Below, in pieces: positions 17,287 through 27,725 of a stretch of 64,000 nt of DNA. The notes beneath the pieces are model-generated. The model ran no database searches and was not told the origin of the DNA. It worked only from the letters and a program-made list of their open reading frames with translations. The translations under genes and the position numbers were made by a program. How positions within the stretch are numbered: position 1 is the first letter of the stretch; every line of letters starts with the position of its first letter. The stretch is from Prevotella sp. Its GTDB lineage: Bacteria > Bacteroidota > Bacteroidia > Bacteroidales > Bacteroidaceae. The stretch is taken from the NCBI GenBank assembly GCA_017509155.1, contig JAFWQE010000024.1, positions 55,250-119,249 on the forward strand, read 5' to 3'.

Positions 17287-19872
17287 TTAGTTGCGGAAGA
17301 CGAGGCCTTCGCCAAAGCTGTCGACCACGATGGGGCGGTCGCGGTGAATGTCGCCTGCCAGCAACTTCTTGGAAAGCTCGTTGAGCATGTGGCGCTGGAT
17401 GGCGCGTTTCACGGGTCGGGCTCCAAATTCTGGGTCGAAACCTACGTCGGCCAAATAGTCGATGGCGTGAGGTGTGACGTCGAGTTGTACGTCCTGCTCG
17501 GCCAGCATCTTGCGAACGGTGTTCACCTGAAGCTCCACCACCTGTGCGATTTCCTGCTTGGTGAGCGGCAGGAACATCATGATTTCGTCAATGCGGTTGA
17601 GGAACTCCGGCCGGATGGTCTGCTTGAGCATGCCCTGTAGCTGTTCGTTGAGCGAAGACAGTTCCGACGGGCTGAGCTTGCCTCCCGACTTCTCCACCTG
17701 TTCACGAATGTAGCCCGAGCCGAGGTTCGATGTCATGATGATGATGGTGTTCTTGAAGTTCACCGTGCGCCCCTTGTTGTCGGTGAGTCGTCCGTCGTCG
17801 AGCACCTGCAACAGGATGTTGAACACATCCGGGTGGGCTTTCTCTATCTCGTCGAAGAGCACCACCGAGTAGGGCTTGCGCCTTACGGCCTCTGTGAGCT
17901 GTCCGCCCTCATCATAGCCTACATATCCCGGAGGGGCGCCGATGAGACGGCTCACGGTGTGCTTCTCCTGATACTCGCTCATGTCGATGCGCGTCATCAT
18001 CTGCTCGTCGTTGAACAGATATTCTGCCAGGGCCTTGGCCAGTTCGGTCTTGCCCACGCCTGTCGTTCCCATGAAGATGAACGATGCGATGGGTCGCTTC
18101 GGATCCTGCAGACCGGCGCGGCTTCGGCGCACGGCATCGGCCACGGCACTGATGGCCTCGTCCTGTCCGATCACCCTTTTGTGCAGTTCCTCTTCCAGAT
18201 GCAGCAGCTTCTCCTTTTCGCTCTGGAGCATGCGGCTCACGGGAATGCCCGTCCATCGGCTCACCACCTCGGCAATGTCGTCGGCCGTCACCTCCTCGCG
18301 CACCATGCGTGCTCCTTCACCCTTGGCGAGTTCTGCCGTGAGCTTCTGTATGTCGTCCTCGAGGGCTTTGAGCCGCGAATAGCGAATCTCAGCCACCTTT
18401 CCGTAGTCGCCTTCCCTTTCGGCGCGCTCGGCCTCGTAGCGCAGGTCCTCCATCTGTTGCTTGTCTGCCTGAATCTTGTCCACCTGGGCGCGCTCGCTTT
18501 CCCACTTGGCGCGGAAGGCCGTCTCCTTGTCACGCAGTTCGGCGATGTCCTTGTCGAGCTGGGCAATCTTCCCGGTGTCGTTCTCGCGCTTGATGGCCTC
18601 GCGCTCAATCTCGAGCTGCTTGAGCTGCCGCGAGATGTCGTCGAGTTCCTCAGGCACGCTGTCGCGCTCCATTCGAAGCTTTGCCGCTGCCTCGTCCATC
18701 AGGTCGATGGCTTTGTCGGGCAGGAAACGGTCAGAGATGTAGCGCTCAGAGAGTTTCACGGCGGCAATGCAGGCATCGTCCTGAATGCGCACCTTGTGGT
18801 GGTTCTCGTAGCGCTCTTTCAGTCCTCGCAGAATGCTGATGGCCTCCACCTCGTCGGGCTCGTCCACCATGACCGTCTGGAAGCGTCGCTCCAGTGCCTT
18901 GTCCTTTTCGAAGTACTTCTGGTACTCGTTCAGCGTGGTGGCGCCAATGGCCCTGAGCTCTCCTCGCGCCAGTGCGGGCTTCAGGATGTTGGCAGCATCC
19001 ATGGCTCCCTCGCTGGCTCCTGCGCCCACCAGTGTGTGAATCTCATCTATGAAGAGGATGATGCGGCCGTTGCTCTGCGTCACCTCCTTGATGACGCTCT
19101 TGAGTCGTTCCTCAAACTCACCCTTGTATTTGGCCCCGGCCACCAGTGCGCCCATGTCGAGCGAGAAGAGCTGCTTGTCCTTGAGGTTCTCGGGCACGTC
19201 GCCCCTTACGATGCGTTGTGCCAGCCCTTCCACGATGGCGGTCTTTCCGGTTCCCGGCTCACCAATGAGGATAGGATTGTTCTTTGTGCGCCGCGAAAGA
19301 ATCTGCAGGACGCGCCGTATTTCGTCGTCGCGCCCGATAACGGGGTCGAGTTTGCCGGCGCGAGCGTCCTCCACCAGGTTCTTGGCATACTTCGAGAGGC
19401 TCTGGTAGTTGTCGTCGGCACTCTGGCTGTCCACCTTCTTGCCCTGACGTAGTTCGATGATGGCCTTCCGTGCGTCACTGGCATTGATGCCTGCGTCTTT
19501 CATGATGCGCGAAGCCGTGGAGTTGACCTCGATGAGTGCCAGCAGCAGCGTCTCAATGCTCACGAACTCGTCGCCCATCTGCTTTGAAGCGTCGAGCGCC
19601 TGCAGCAGCACGCTGTTGGCCTCACGGCTGAGGTAAGGCTCTCCGCCCTGCACGCGTGGCAGGTGCTCGATTTCCTTTTCCAGAAGCGTCTCCACATGGC
19701 TGGCGTTTGCGCCCATTTTCTGGAAGATGAACGCACACACGTCCTTCCCCTTTTCCAAAACACCTTTCAGCAGGTGCGCCGGCTCGATGGCCTGCTGCCC
19801 GTGCTGTTGCGCCGTCTGGGCCGCATATTGCACGGCCTCCTGCGCTTTGATAGTAAAATTCTCTAAAGTCAT
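17287..19872 (-). CDS. clpB: ATP-dependent chaperone ClpB
   Basis: Two AAA+ modules ([16 protein letters not shown]), long coiled-coil M-domain, GYVGY pore loop. Confidence 0.98.
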   Translation of the reverse strand: MTLENFTIKAQEAVQYAAQTAQQHGQQAIEPAHLLKGVLEKGKDVCAFIFQKMGANASHVETLLEKEIEHLPRVQGGEPYLSREANSVLLQALDASKQMGDEFVSIETLLLALIEVNSTASRIMKDAGINASDARKAIIELRQGKKVDSQSADDNYQSLSKYAKNLVEDARAGKLDPVIGRDDEIRRVLQILSRRTKNNPILIGEPGTGKTAIVEGLAQRIVRGDVPENLKDKQLFSLDMGALVAGAKYKGEFEERLKSVIKEVTQSNGRIILFIDEIHTLVGAGASEGAMDAANILKPALARGELRAIGATTLNEYQKYFEKDKALERRFQTVMVDEPDEVEAISILRGLKERYENHHKVRIQDDACIAAVKLSERYISDRFLPDKAIDLMDEAAAKLRMERDSVPEELDDISRQLKQLEIEREAIKRENDTGKIAQLDKDIAELRDKETAFRAKWESERAQVDKIQADKQQMEDLRYEAERAEREGDYGKVAEIRYSRLKALEDDIQKLTAELAKGEGARMVREEVTADDIAEVVSRWTGIPVSRMLQSEKEKLLHLEEELHKRVIGQDEAISAVADAVRRSRAGLQDPKRPIASFIFMGTTGVGKTELAKALAEYLFNDEQMMTRIDMSEYQEKHTVSRLIGAPPGYVGYDEGGQLTEAVRRKPYSVVLFDEIEKAHPDVFNILLQVLDDGRLTDNKGRTVNFKNTIIIMTSNLGSGYIREQVEKSGGKLSPSELSSLNEQLQGMLKQTIRPEFLNRIDEIMMFLPLTKQEIAQVVELQVNTVRKMLAEQDVQLDVTPHAIDYLADVGFDPEFGARPVKRAIQRHMLNELSKKLLAGDIHRDRPIVVDSFGEGLVFRN

Positions 19873-19924
19873 ATCTTGTCTCCTTTCTTTTGTTTTTCAG
19901 AATCGTCTACTCACCTTTCTACTC

Positions 19925-19986
19925 TCAAACAATGTGCCCGTTACTTTGCTCTGCCATTATGGCACGCTGAGCGTGTCTTTTTGACA
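19925..19986 (-). promoter_or_regulatory. Candidate sigma-54-like promoter and two 13-bp palindromes upstream of clpB
   Basis: GGGCACATTGTTTGA (minus, 19925-19939); TGCCATTATGGCA (19952-19964); TGTCTTTTTGACA (19974-19986). Confidence 0.5.
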
Positions 19987-20001
19987 AATCAACGCGTTAT
20001 G

Positions 20002-20033
20002 TTTGGCCGTATTGTTTGTTTTTACTAACTTTG
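20002..20033 (+). promoter_or_regulatory. sigma-A promoter for GH43 gene
   Basis: TTTG, 20-nt spacer, TAACTTTG. Confidence 0.65.
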
Positions 20034-20067
20034 TAGCCACAAACAAACCTCAAAACGCTGATTCGCT

Positions 20068-21669
20068 ATGAAGAGATTGCTATGGATGGCCTTGCTCACG
20101 GCCTTGTGTGCGGTCGACGTCGTTGCCCAGCTGGAGTGGGGCGACCAAGGCAACGGCACGTATGTGAACCCTGTGCTGAATGCCGACTTCAGCGACCCCG
20201 ACGTCGTTCGTGTGGGCGAGAAATACTATATGGTGGCGTCAGATTTCCATTTCATGGGCATGCAGGTGATGGAGAGCGACGACCTTGTGCACTGGCGCAT
20301 CGTCAGTCAGGTGTTCGACCGCCTCGACTATCCCGGCTGGGACCAGAACCAACACTATGGCGGCGGCTCGTGGGCACCGAGCATTCGCTGGCACGACGGC
20401 CGTTTCTATGTCTACTTCTGCACCTATGACGAAGGACTGTTCATGTCGTCGGCGGCTGACGCACATGGCCCGTGGACGCCGCTCCACTGCCTGAAGGCCG
20501 TGCCCCGTTGGGAAGACCCGTGTCCCTTCTGGGACGACGACGGTCAGGCCTATCTGGGGCGCAGCCGTCATCGCGCAGGACCTATCATCGTGCATCGCAT
20601 GAGTGCCGACGGCAAAGAGCTCCTCGACGATGGCGTCACAGTGTACACCGGGCCTGTGGCCGAGGGCACGAAGTTCATGAAGCGCAACGGATACTACTAC
20701 CTCATCATACCAGAAGGCGGAGTGGGGCAGGGCTGGCAGACGGTGCTGCGAGCGCGAAACATCTATGGTCCCTACGAGAAACAGGTGGTGCTTGAACAAG
20801 GATCTACCGACGTGAACGGCCCGCATCAGGGTGCGCTCGTCGATGCTCCCGACGGCAGCTGGTGGTTCTTCCATTTCCAGGAGACGCAGCCTCGGGGGCG
20901 CGTGGTTCACCTGCAGCCCGTCTGGTGGCACGACGACTGGCCCATCATGGGCGTGGACATCGACCGCAACGGCATCGGCGAACCCGTCTATGTGTGGAAA
21001 ACGCCTTCGTGGCGCCCGCCAGTCGATGTCCGTAGCGATGGGAAAACCGTGGAGTCGGGCGGCCTTTTAGAGCAGCTTTCTGACGAGTTCGATGGCAGTC
21101 AGCTGCTGTGGGTGGGCGACCATCAGCGCAGGCTGGGACTGCAATGGCAGTGGAACCATAACCCCGACGACACGGCCTGGAGCCTCGAAGAAACGCGAGG
21201 ATGGCTCACGCTGCACGCACTTTGCGCCGATAGCCTGAAAACCAGTCGCAACATGATTACCCAGAAGACGGTGGGCTATCTGAGCAGAGCAACCACGTTG
21301 GTCGACGCCTCGGCCCTTGGCGAGGGCGACTTTGCCGGACTCCACTGCATCGGTAAGCGCTTCATGGGTATCGGCGTGAAACGCTCAAAGGGGCATCTTG
21401 TGCTCTGTCTGGAACAAGACGGACGGCAGCAAGAATTGAAGACGTGGACGGCCAAAAGGGCGTGGCTGCGCGTGGAAGTAGACAGTCGTGGCAACCTTCA
21501 TCGCTTCTTTGTGAGCACCAACGGACGCACATTTGAGTCCGTCGGCGAGCAGTTCTCCATGCGTATGGGAGCATGGAAGGGTACGCGCGTCGGCCTTTTC
21601 TGCTATGGTCCGCATTGTCGTGGCGGCCGGGCTCGCTTCGATTTCTTCCACTATGATGTGCTGAAATGA
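20068..21669 (+). CDS. Glycoside hydrolase family 43 (beta-xylosidase/arabinofuranosidase type)
   Basis: NPVLNADFSDPDV, WAPSI, WEDPCPFWDDDG, AEG, HQG motifs; C-terminal beta-sandwich. Confidence 0.92.
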   Translation: MKRLLWMALLTALCAVDVVAQLEWGDQGNGTYVNPVLNADFSDPDVVRVGEKYYMVASDFHFMGMQVMESDDLVHWRIVSQVFDRLDYPGWDQNQHYGGGSWAPSIRWHDGRFYVYFCTYDEGLFMSSAADAHGPWTPLHCLKAVPRWEDPCPFWDDDGQAYLGRSRHRAGPIIVHRMSADGKELLDDGVTVYTGPVAEGTKFMKRNGYYYLIIPEGGVGQGWQTVLRARNIYGPYEKQVVLEQGSTDVNGPHQGALVDAPDGSWWFFHFQETQPRGRVVHLQPVWWHDDWPIMGVDIDRNGIGEPVYVWKTPSWRPPVDVRSDGKTVESGGLLEQLSDEFDGSQLLWVGDHQRRLGLQWQWNHNPDDTAWSLEETRGWLTLHALCADSLKTSRNMITQKTVGYLSRATTLVDASALGEGDFAGLHCIGKRFMGIGVKRSKGHLVLCLEQDGRQQELKTWTAKRAWLRVEVDSRGNLHRFFVSTNGRTFESVGEQFSMRMGAWKGTRVGLFCYGPHCRGGRARFDFFHYDVLK

Positions 21670-21772
21670 ACTCCACCACTTCTGAAAGTTGGGCTAATGG
21701 GTTAAATAATGCTTAAAAACTTCGTTTGTTCGGGGATTATTTCGTACTTTTGCACCAAATTTTTATATCGAT

Positions 21773-22411
21773 ATGAAGAAAGTATTGTTTCTTTTCGTGT
21801 TTGGCTTTTCGCTCTCGGTGCAGGCACAGGGCGTGTGGGAGAGTCCCACGGAGTCCGGTAGTACCTCTGCAAAAGCAGCGAAGACAGCGTCCAAGAGTGA
21901 GCTCAGAGACGCCAACTATCTGGCCGGGACGGTGCCCGAGGAAAACGGCGAGGTGGTGTGGCGCAAGGTGATTGAGGCGCCAGGGCGCAGTGCCCAGCAG
22001 CTCTACGACACCATGTTGAATGAGTTGAACAAGCTGACGCAGGCCGAAAACCAGCTTGAGGGCAGCAAGGTGGCACTCGTGAACAAGGCTGAGAATAAGA
22101 TTGCAGCCTCCATCAAGGAGTGGATGGTGTTCCAGAGTACGGCGCTTTCGCTCGACAGGGCGCGGTTCAACTGCGTCATACAGGTGCATTGTCAGGACGG
22201 ACGTGTCAACATTGAGCTTGGACGCATCAGGTATGTCTACGAGACGACACGCAGAAAGGAAGAGACGCTGAAGGCTGAGGAGTGGATAACAGACAAGTAT
22301 GCCCTCAACAAGAAAGGAACCAAGCTCTATCGCATTTCGGGCAAGTTCAGACGCAAGACCGTCGACCGCGTGGCGGAGATTTTCCAGACATTTGAAAACG
22401 CGCTGCGCTAA
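21773..22411 (+). CDS. DUF4468-like exported protein
   Basis: Signal peptide; YLAGTVPEENGEVVW motif typical of this Bacteroidales family. Confidence 0.75.
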   Translation: MKKVLFLFVFGFSLSVQAQGVWESPTESGSTSAKAAKTASKSELRDANYLAGTVPEENGEVVWRKVIEAPGRSAQQLYDTMLNELNKLTQAENQLEGSKVALVNKAENKIAASIKEWMVFQSTALSLDRARFNCVIQVHCQDGRVNIELGRIRYVYETTRRKEETLKAEEWITDKYALNKKGTKLYRISGKFRRKTVDRVAEIFQTFENALR

Positions 22412-22434
22412 TGCCCTCAAAGAAGAAGTGAACA

Positions 22435-22653
22435 ATGGCAACACAGAGTTATAGGCAACACCGCAGGGCCGAGGAAGATGAGCCACGCGACCGCTATCTC
22501 ATGCTGCGTCAGTGGCTCAACGGACTGTTCATGATCGGCGCAGTTGTCGGCGTGGCAATCTATTTCCTCAAGGACGAGACCATCGGCACCATCGTCATTC
22601 TCGTGGCAATGGTTCTGAAAATGGCGGAATGCGTGTTTAGGTTCATGAAGTAA
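22435..22653 (+). CDS. Small two-TM hypothetical membrane protein
   Basis: 72 aa, two hydrophobic segments, operon spacing. Confidence 0.75.
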   Translation: MATQSYRQHRRAEEDEPRDRYLMLRQWLNGLFMIGAVVGVAIYFLKDETIGTIVILVAMVLKMAECVFRFMK

Positions 22654-22788
22654 TTGCGGCACTGGGTGCGTTAATGATAAACAAAAGAATAAAGTAGGTA
22701 ATAGTTGAAGGCAATTAGGGTTGAGGGATGATGTGTTTTACACATATTATTGTCTTACTAGCCCTGATTGCTCATACGAAGGAAGAAG

Positions 22789-25065
22789 ATGAAGAGATTG
22801 TCCCTGCTCATGGCTTGCCTGTTGATATGCTGTGCCACGCTGATGGCCCAGCAACGACTTGAACAGCGCAATGCCGACGGCACGTTTTCGCCCGTCGGCA
22901 CCGATGGACGGCAGGACTCGGTGCCGAAAAGCGATGGTAAGACCGTCCCGCAAGGCCTTCATGTGTGGACGGTGGACGAGCGTTTCGGCGACCAGAAACC
23001 CGCTGTGGTGGACACACTCCAGCACATGTTCATGAACCATGCTTACATGAGCGGGCCCAGAGGCGAATACAACACTACTGGAAACCTTGGGGCTCCGCGC
23101 CAGAGCCGTATCTTCGTGGACCGTCCCATCAGCGCGCAGTTCCCTTTCACGCAGCCATACGACTACTTCAACACGCAGCCCTCGCAGTTCCATTTCACCA
23201 ACACGCTGTCGCCTATCACCAACCTTACCTACGAGGAGTGTGGCGACAAGAACAATGGTGAGGACCATCTGCGCGCGCTCTTTGCAGTGAATGCAGGCAA
23301 GCAGCTGGGTGTGGGCTTTAAGTTCGACTACCTGTATGGTCGTGGTAGTTTTCAGGAACAGAACACCGCCCACTTCAACTACAGCCTCTATGGCTCCTAC
23401 CTCGGCGACCGCTATCAAGCCCATCTGCTGCTCTCGACTAATCATCAGAAAGTGACGGAAAACGGCGGTATCGGAAACGATAACTACGTCACACATCCTG
23501 AAATATACGACGACGATTTCCGCGACGATGAGATTCCCACCGTACTCTCGTCAAACTGGAACCGCAACGACAACCAGCACGTGTTCCTCACCCATCGCTA
23601 TAGCGTGGGCTTTAACCGCAAGGTACCCATGAACGAAGAGGAAATCAAGGCCCGCAAGTTTGCCATTGAGGCCAAGAAGGAAGAGGAACAACGGAAGAAC
23701 AAAGGCCGTCAGCCCGCCTTCGAGGGCCGTCCCGACGACGCGAAGATAGCAGGCGACGAACCCGCCAACCCCCAGCAGCCGGCAGACAACAACCGCATTG
23801 CCGTCAGTGGCAAGCAGATGGCCGACAGCCTTATTGCCGCCGACAAGAAAGCAGCAGAGGACACTGCGTGGGTGAAAAACGAATACGTGCCCGTGACAAG
23901 TTTCATACATACCTTGAAACTCGACAATTACAAGCGCGTCTATCAGGCCTACGAAACGCCCGCCGACTTTTATCTCAACAGCTATGACCTGACGGAGAAG
24001 TATGGCAACGACAGTATCTACGACCGCTTCCGCCACACCAACATGGTGAACACGCTGGCCATCTCGCTGCTCGAGGGATTCAACAAATGGGTGCCTGCGG
24101 GATTGAAAGGCTTCGTTGCTTCCGACCTGCGGCATTTCGAAATGCCCGATACGGTGGCATTCGGGTCGTCATCGTTCAACGAGCATTCCCTCAGCGTGGG
24201 CGGACAGCTGATACGCACCCAGGGGTCGCTTCTTCATTATAGCGCCATGCTTGAGACTTGGGTGCTCGGCGAGGATGCGGGGCAGTTGAAGTTCGATGCC
24301 AGTGCCGATGTCAACTTCCGTTTCCTTGGTGACACCGTGCGTCTGGCAGCCCGAGGCTACATCTATCGCCTGCAACCTACTTTCTTCCACCGAAAATACC
24401 AGTCGCGCCACCTCTGGTGGAACAACGACCGCCTTGACAAGGAGACACGCACTCGCCTGGAAGGTCTTTTCAGCTATGAGAAGACCAACACCCAACTGCG
24501 CGTAGCGTTCGACAACATCAAGAACTACACCTACCTTTCGCAGCAATATTCGGTGGGCGAGGACTACAGAAGGACCGGCAACACCGTGCAGGTGATGCAG
24601 TGTCCAGACGCCATTTCGCTGCTCACCCTTCAGCTGTCGCAGGACTTTCATCTTGGCCCTCTCAACTGGGAAACACAGCTCACTTACCAGAAGTCGAGCG
24701 ACAACAAAGTGCTGCCAGTTCCCGACTTCAACGTCTACAGTAACCTTTATTTCAATTTCCGCATCGCCAAGGTGCTGCGCATGCATCTTGGAGCCGATGT
24801 GCGATATTTCACCAAGTATGAGGCACCCGACTACTGTCCTTATGTAGGTCAGTTCTGTGTGCAGGGTAATGGTGACAACAATTTGGAGATAGGCAACTAT
24901 CCCATCGTGAACGTCTATGTGAACATGCACCTGAAGCGCACACGCTTCTATGTGGCCATGAGCCATGTGAATCAGGGCGACGGAGGCAACCGTTTCCTCG
25001 TGCCCCATTATCCGCTGCGCGGACGCACACTGAGGCTCGGCGTTTCGTGGAACTTCATCAACTGA
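22789..25065 (+). CDS. Putative outer-membrane beta-barrel porin (Bacteroidota)
   Basis: Signal peptide, ENGGI motif, amphipathic strands, C-terminal GVSWNFIN. Confidence 0.8.
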   Translation: MKRLSLLMACLLICCATLMAQQRLEQRNADGTFSPVGTDGRQDSVPKSDGKTVPQGLHVWTVDERFGDQKPAVVDTLQHMFMNHAYMSGPRGEYNTTGNLGAPRQSRIFVDRPISAQFPFTQPYDYFNTQPSQFHFTNTLSPITNLTYEECGDKNNGEDHLRALFAVNAGKQLGVGFKFDYLYGRGSFQEQNTAHFNYSLYGSYLGDRYQAHLLLSTNHQKVTENGGIGNDNYVTHPEIYDDDFRDDEIPTVLSSNWNRNDNQHVFLTHRYSVGFNRKVPMNEEEIKARKFAIEAKKEEEQRKNKGRQPAFEGRPDDAKIAGDEPANPQQPADNNRIAVSGKQMADSLIAADKKAAEDTAWVKNEYVPVTSFIHTLKLDNYKRVYQAYETPADFYLNSYDLTEKYGNDSIYDRFRHTNMVNTLAISLLEGFNKWVPAGLKGFVASDLRHFEMPDTVAFGSSSFNEHSLSVGGQLIRTQGSLLHYSAMLETWVLGEDAGQLKFDASADVNFRFLGDTVRLAARGYIYRLQPTFFHRKYQSRHLWWNNDRLDKETRTRLEGLFSYEKTNTQLRVAFDNIKNYTYLSQQYSVGEDYRRTGNTVQVMQCPDAISLLTLQLSQDFHLGPLNWETQLTYQKSSDNKVLPVPDFNVYSNLYFNFRIAKVLRMHLGADVRYFTKYEAPDYCPYVGQFCVQGNGDNNLEIGNYPIVNVYVNMHLKRTRFYVAMSHVNQGDGGNRFLVPHYPLRGRTLRLGVSWNFIN

Positions 25066-25109
25066 TTGTCATCACCCACAGCTCATCATCCATTAAACAA
25101 ATAAGAAAG

Positions 25110-26312
25110 ATGCCAAAGATTTCAGAACGTGGTTTGGAAATGCCCGAGTCGCCCATCAGGAAACTCGCACCCCTGGCTGCCGCTGCCAAAAAGCGGGGCA
25201 CTCATGTCTATCACCTCAACATCGGACAGCCCGACCTGCCAACGCCACGTGTGGCCCTTGACGCCATCAAGAAGGTAGACCGCGACATACTCGAGTATTC
25301 GCCCTCGCAGGGATATCTGAGTTATCGCGAGAAACTCGTAGGCTACTACGCGAAATACAATATCAATGTAACGCCCGACGACATCATCATCACCTGCGGC
25401 GGAAGCGAGGCCGTGCTCTTTGCCTTTATGTCGTGTCTCAACCCTGGAGATGAGATTATCGTTCCGGAACCGGCCTACGCCAACTACATGGCCTTCGCCA
25501 TTTCAGCAGGGGCGCGCATACGCACCATCGCCACAACCATCGAGGAAGGGTTCTCGTTGCCTAAGGTCGAGAAGTTCGAGGAACTCATCAACGAGCGTAC
25601 ACGCGCTATTCTGATATGTAACCCCAACAACCCGACGGGCTACCTTTATACACGTCGCGAGATGAATCAGATACGCGACCTCGTGAAGAAGTACGACCTC
25701 TATCTTTTCTCCGATGAGGTTTACCGCGAATACATTTACACCGGCTCGCCCTACATCTCCGCATGTCATCTGGAGGGCATTGAGCAAAATGTGGTGCTCA
25801 TCGACTCCGTGTCGAAACGCTATAGCGAGTGTGGTATCCGCATCGGTGCACTCATCACGAAGAATGCCGACATTCGTCGTGCCGTCATGAAGTTCTGTCA
25901 GGCGCGACTTTCGCCGCCACTCATCGGCCAGATTGTAGCCGAAGCATCGCTCGACACGCCAGAAGACTACATGCGCGACGTCTACGACGAGTACGTGGAG
26001 CGACGCAAATGTCTCATCGACGGGCTCAACCGCATTCCCGGCGTCTACTCGCCCATCCCGATGGGAGCCTTCTACACCGTGGCCAAGTTGCCCGTAGACG
26101 ATAGCGAACGCTTCTGCCGGTGGTGTCTGGAAGAGTTCTCCTACGAGGGCGAGACCGTGATGATGGCCCCCGCCTCGGGCTTCTACACCACACCCGGCGC
26201 AGGTGTCAACCAGGTGCGCATAGCCTATGTGCTGAAGAAAAACGACCTCGAGCGCGCACTCGTTGTGCTTCAGAAAGCCCTCGAGGCATATCCCGGGAGG
26301 GTGGAGAGCTGA
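25110..26312 (+). CDS. PLP-dependent aminotransferase class I/II (aspartate aminotransferase-like)
   Basis: LNIGQPD, NPNNPTG, SDEVY, SVSKRYSECGIRIG (PLP lysine). Confidence 0.93.
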   Translation: MPKISERGLEMPESPIRKLAPLAAAAKKRGTHVYHLNIGQPDLPTPRVALDAIKKVDRDILEYSPSQGYLSYREKLVGYYAKYNINVTPDDIIITCGGSEAVLFAFMSCLNPGDEIIVPEPAYANYMAFAISAGARIRTIATTIEEGFSLPKVEKFEELINERTRAILICNPNNPTGYLYTRREMNQIRDLVKKYDLYLFSDEVYREYIYTGSPYISACHLEGIEQNVVLIDSVSKRYSECGIRIGALITKNADIRRAVMKFCQARLSPPLIGQIVAEASLDTPEDYMRDVYDEYVERRKCLIDGLNRIPGVYSPIPMGAFYTVAKLPVDDSERFCRWCLEEFSYEGETVMMAPASGFYTTPGAGVNQVRIAYVLKKNDLERALVVLQKALEAYPGRVES

Positions 26313-26358
26313 CGAATAAGGCAGAACTCCCCACACCCATCATCCAAGCTTTGCATAC

Positions 26359-27636
26359 ATGAATTTCCCTCTATACATAGCGCGCCGCATATACAGCGGT
26401 AAGAACACGACCGACGGTCCTTCCGACGCAAAGTCGAACGACAGCCGCGTGAGCCGTCCTGCCATCCGTATTGCCACCCTGGGAGTGGCCATCGGCCTGG
26501 CAGTGATGATCGTCTCCGTTTGTGTGGTGTTAGGTTTTAAGCACACCATTCGCGACAAGGTCATCGGTTTCGGCAGCCACATCACTGTCGGTGAGTTTCT
26601 GGCCGTGCAGACCAACGACCCTCAGCCCATCGCCATGGGAGACAGCATGAGGGCATACCTGGCGGGCATCGAGGGCGTCAAACATGTACAGCGCTTCGCT
26701 TTGAAACAGGGAATACTGAAGACCGACTCCGACTTTCTGGGCGTCATGTTCAAGGGTGTGGCGGAGGAATATGACACCACCTTCCTCCACCAGAACATGG
26801 TGGCGGGCACCGTGCCCCATTTCTCCGACAAGGAAAGCCACCAGCAGATACTCGTCTCGCAGATGATTGCCGACCGCATGCGCGTGAAATGCGGCGACCG
26901 CATCTTCGCCTATTTCATCAGTGACAAAGGAGTAAGGCCCCGCCGCTATACCATTGCCGGTGTCTATCAGACCAATCTCACGCAGTTCGATCAGGTGATG
27001 TGCTTCACTGATCTCTACACCACGCAGAAGCTCAACGGCTGGAACGAGGAGCAGACAAGTGGAGCCGAGCTCACCGTTGAAGACTTCAGTCGTGTGGATG
27101 ATGTGGAGGACATCCTCGTGAGGAACGTCAACCGCACCACCGACAAATACGGACAGACCTACTCGTCGCTCACCATACGCGAGAAGAATCCGCAGATCTT
27201 TTCCTGGCTCGACCTGCTCGATCTGAATGTCTGGATTATACTTGCCCTGATGGTATGTGTTGCGGGATTCACCATGATCAGCGGCTTGCTTATCATCATT
27301 CTGGAGCGTACCAACATGATTGGCGTGTTGAAGGCCCTCGGCGCGCGCAACAGTACCGTGCGCCACACCTTCCTATGGTTCGCTGTGTTTATCATCGGGC
27401 GCGGCATGCTTTGGGGCAATGTGCTCGGCATTGGTCTCGTACTCTTGCAGCAGTTTACGGGACTTGTGCGTCTCGACCCCACTACTTATTATGTCAGTAC
27501 CGTGCCCGTTGAGCTCAACATTCCGCTCATCGTGCTCATCAATGTCGCCACGCTCTTGGTCAATGTCTTCGTGCTCATCGCTCCCAGTCATCTGGTGTCG
27601 CACATTCATCCGGCCAAGTCCATGCGCTACGAATAG
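26359..27636 (+). CDS. LolC/LolE-family ABC transporter permease
   Basis: MacB/FtsX topology with large periplasmic domain; ILERTNMIGVLKALGA; YYVSTVPV. Confidence 0.88.
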   Translation: MNFPLYIARRIYSGKNTTDGPSDAKSNDSRVSRPAIRIATLGVAIGLAVMIVSVCVVLGFKHTIRDKVIGFGSHITVGEFLAVQTNDPQPIAMGDSMRAYLAGIEGVKHVQRFALKQGILKTDSDFLGVMFKGVAEEYDTTFLHQNMVAGTVPHFSDKESHQQILVSQMIADRMRVKCGDRIFAYFISDKGVRPRRYTIAGVYQTNLTQFDQVMCFTDLYTTQKLNGWNEEQTSGAELTVEDFSRVDDVEDILVRNVNRTTDKYGQTYSSLTIREKNPQIFSWLDLLDLNVWIILALMVCVAGFTMISGLLIIILERTNMIGVLKALGARNSTVRHTFLWFAVFIIGRGMLWGNVLGIGLVLLQQFTGLVRLDPTTYYVSTVPVELNIPLIVLINVATLLVNVFVLIAPSHLVSHIHPAKSMRYE

Positions 27637-27725
27637 TACTTTGCCGAAATCGCAGCCACAGGCTTCTTCGTCATTTTCTTTCCCAACACCAAGGCTCTTT
27701 CTTGTCTTTGCGCGGGCAGCTTGCG

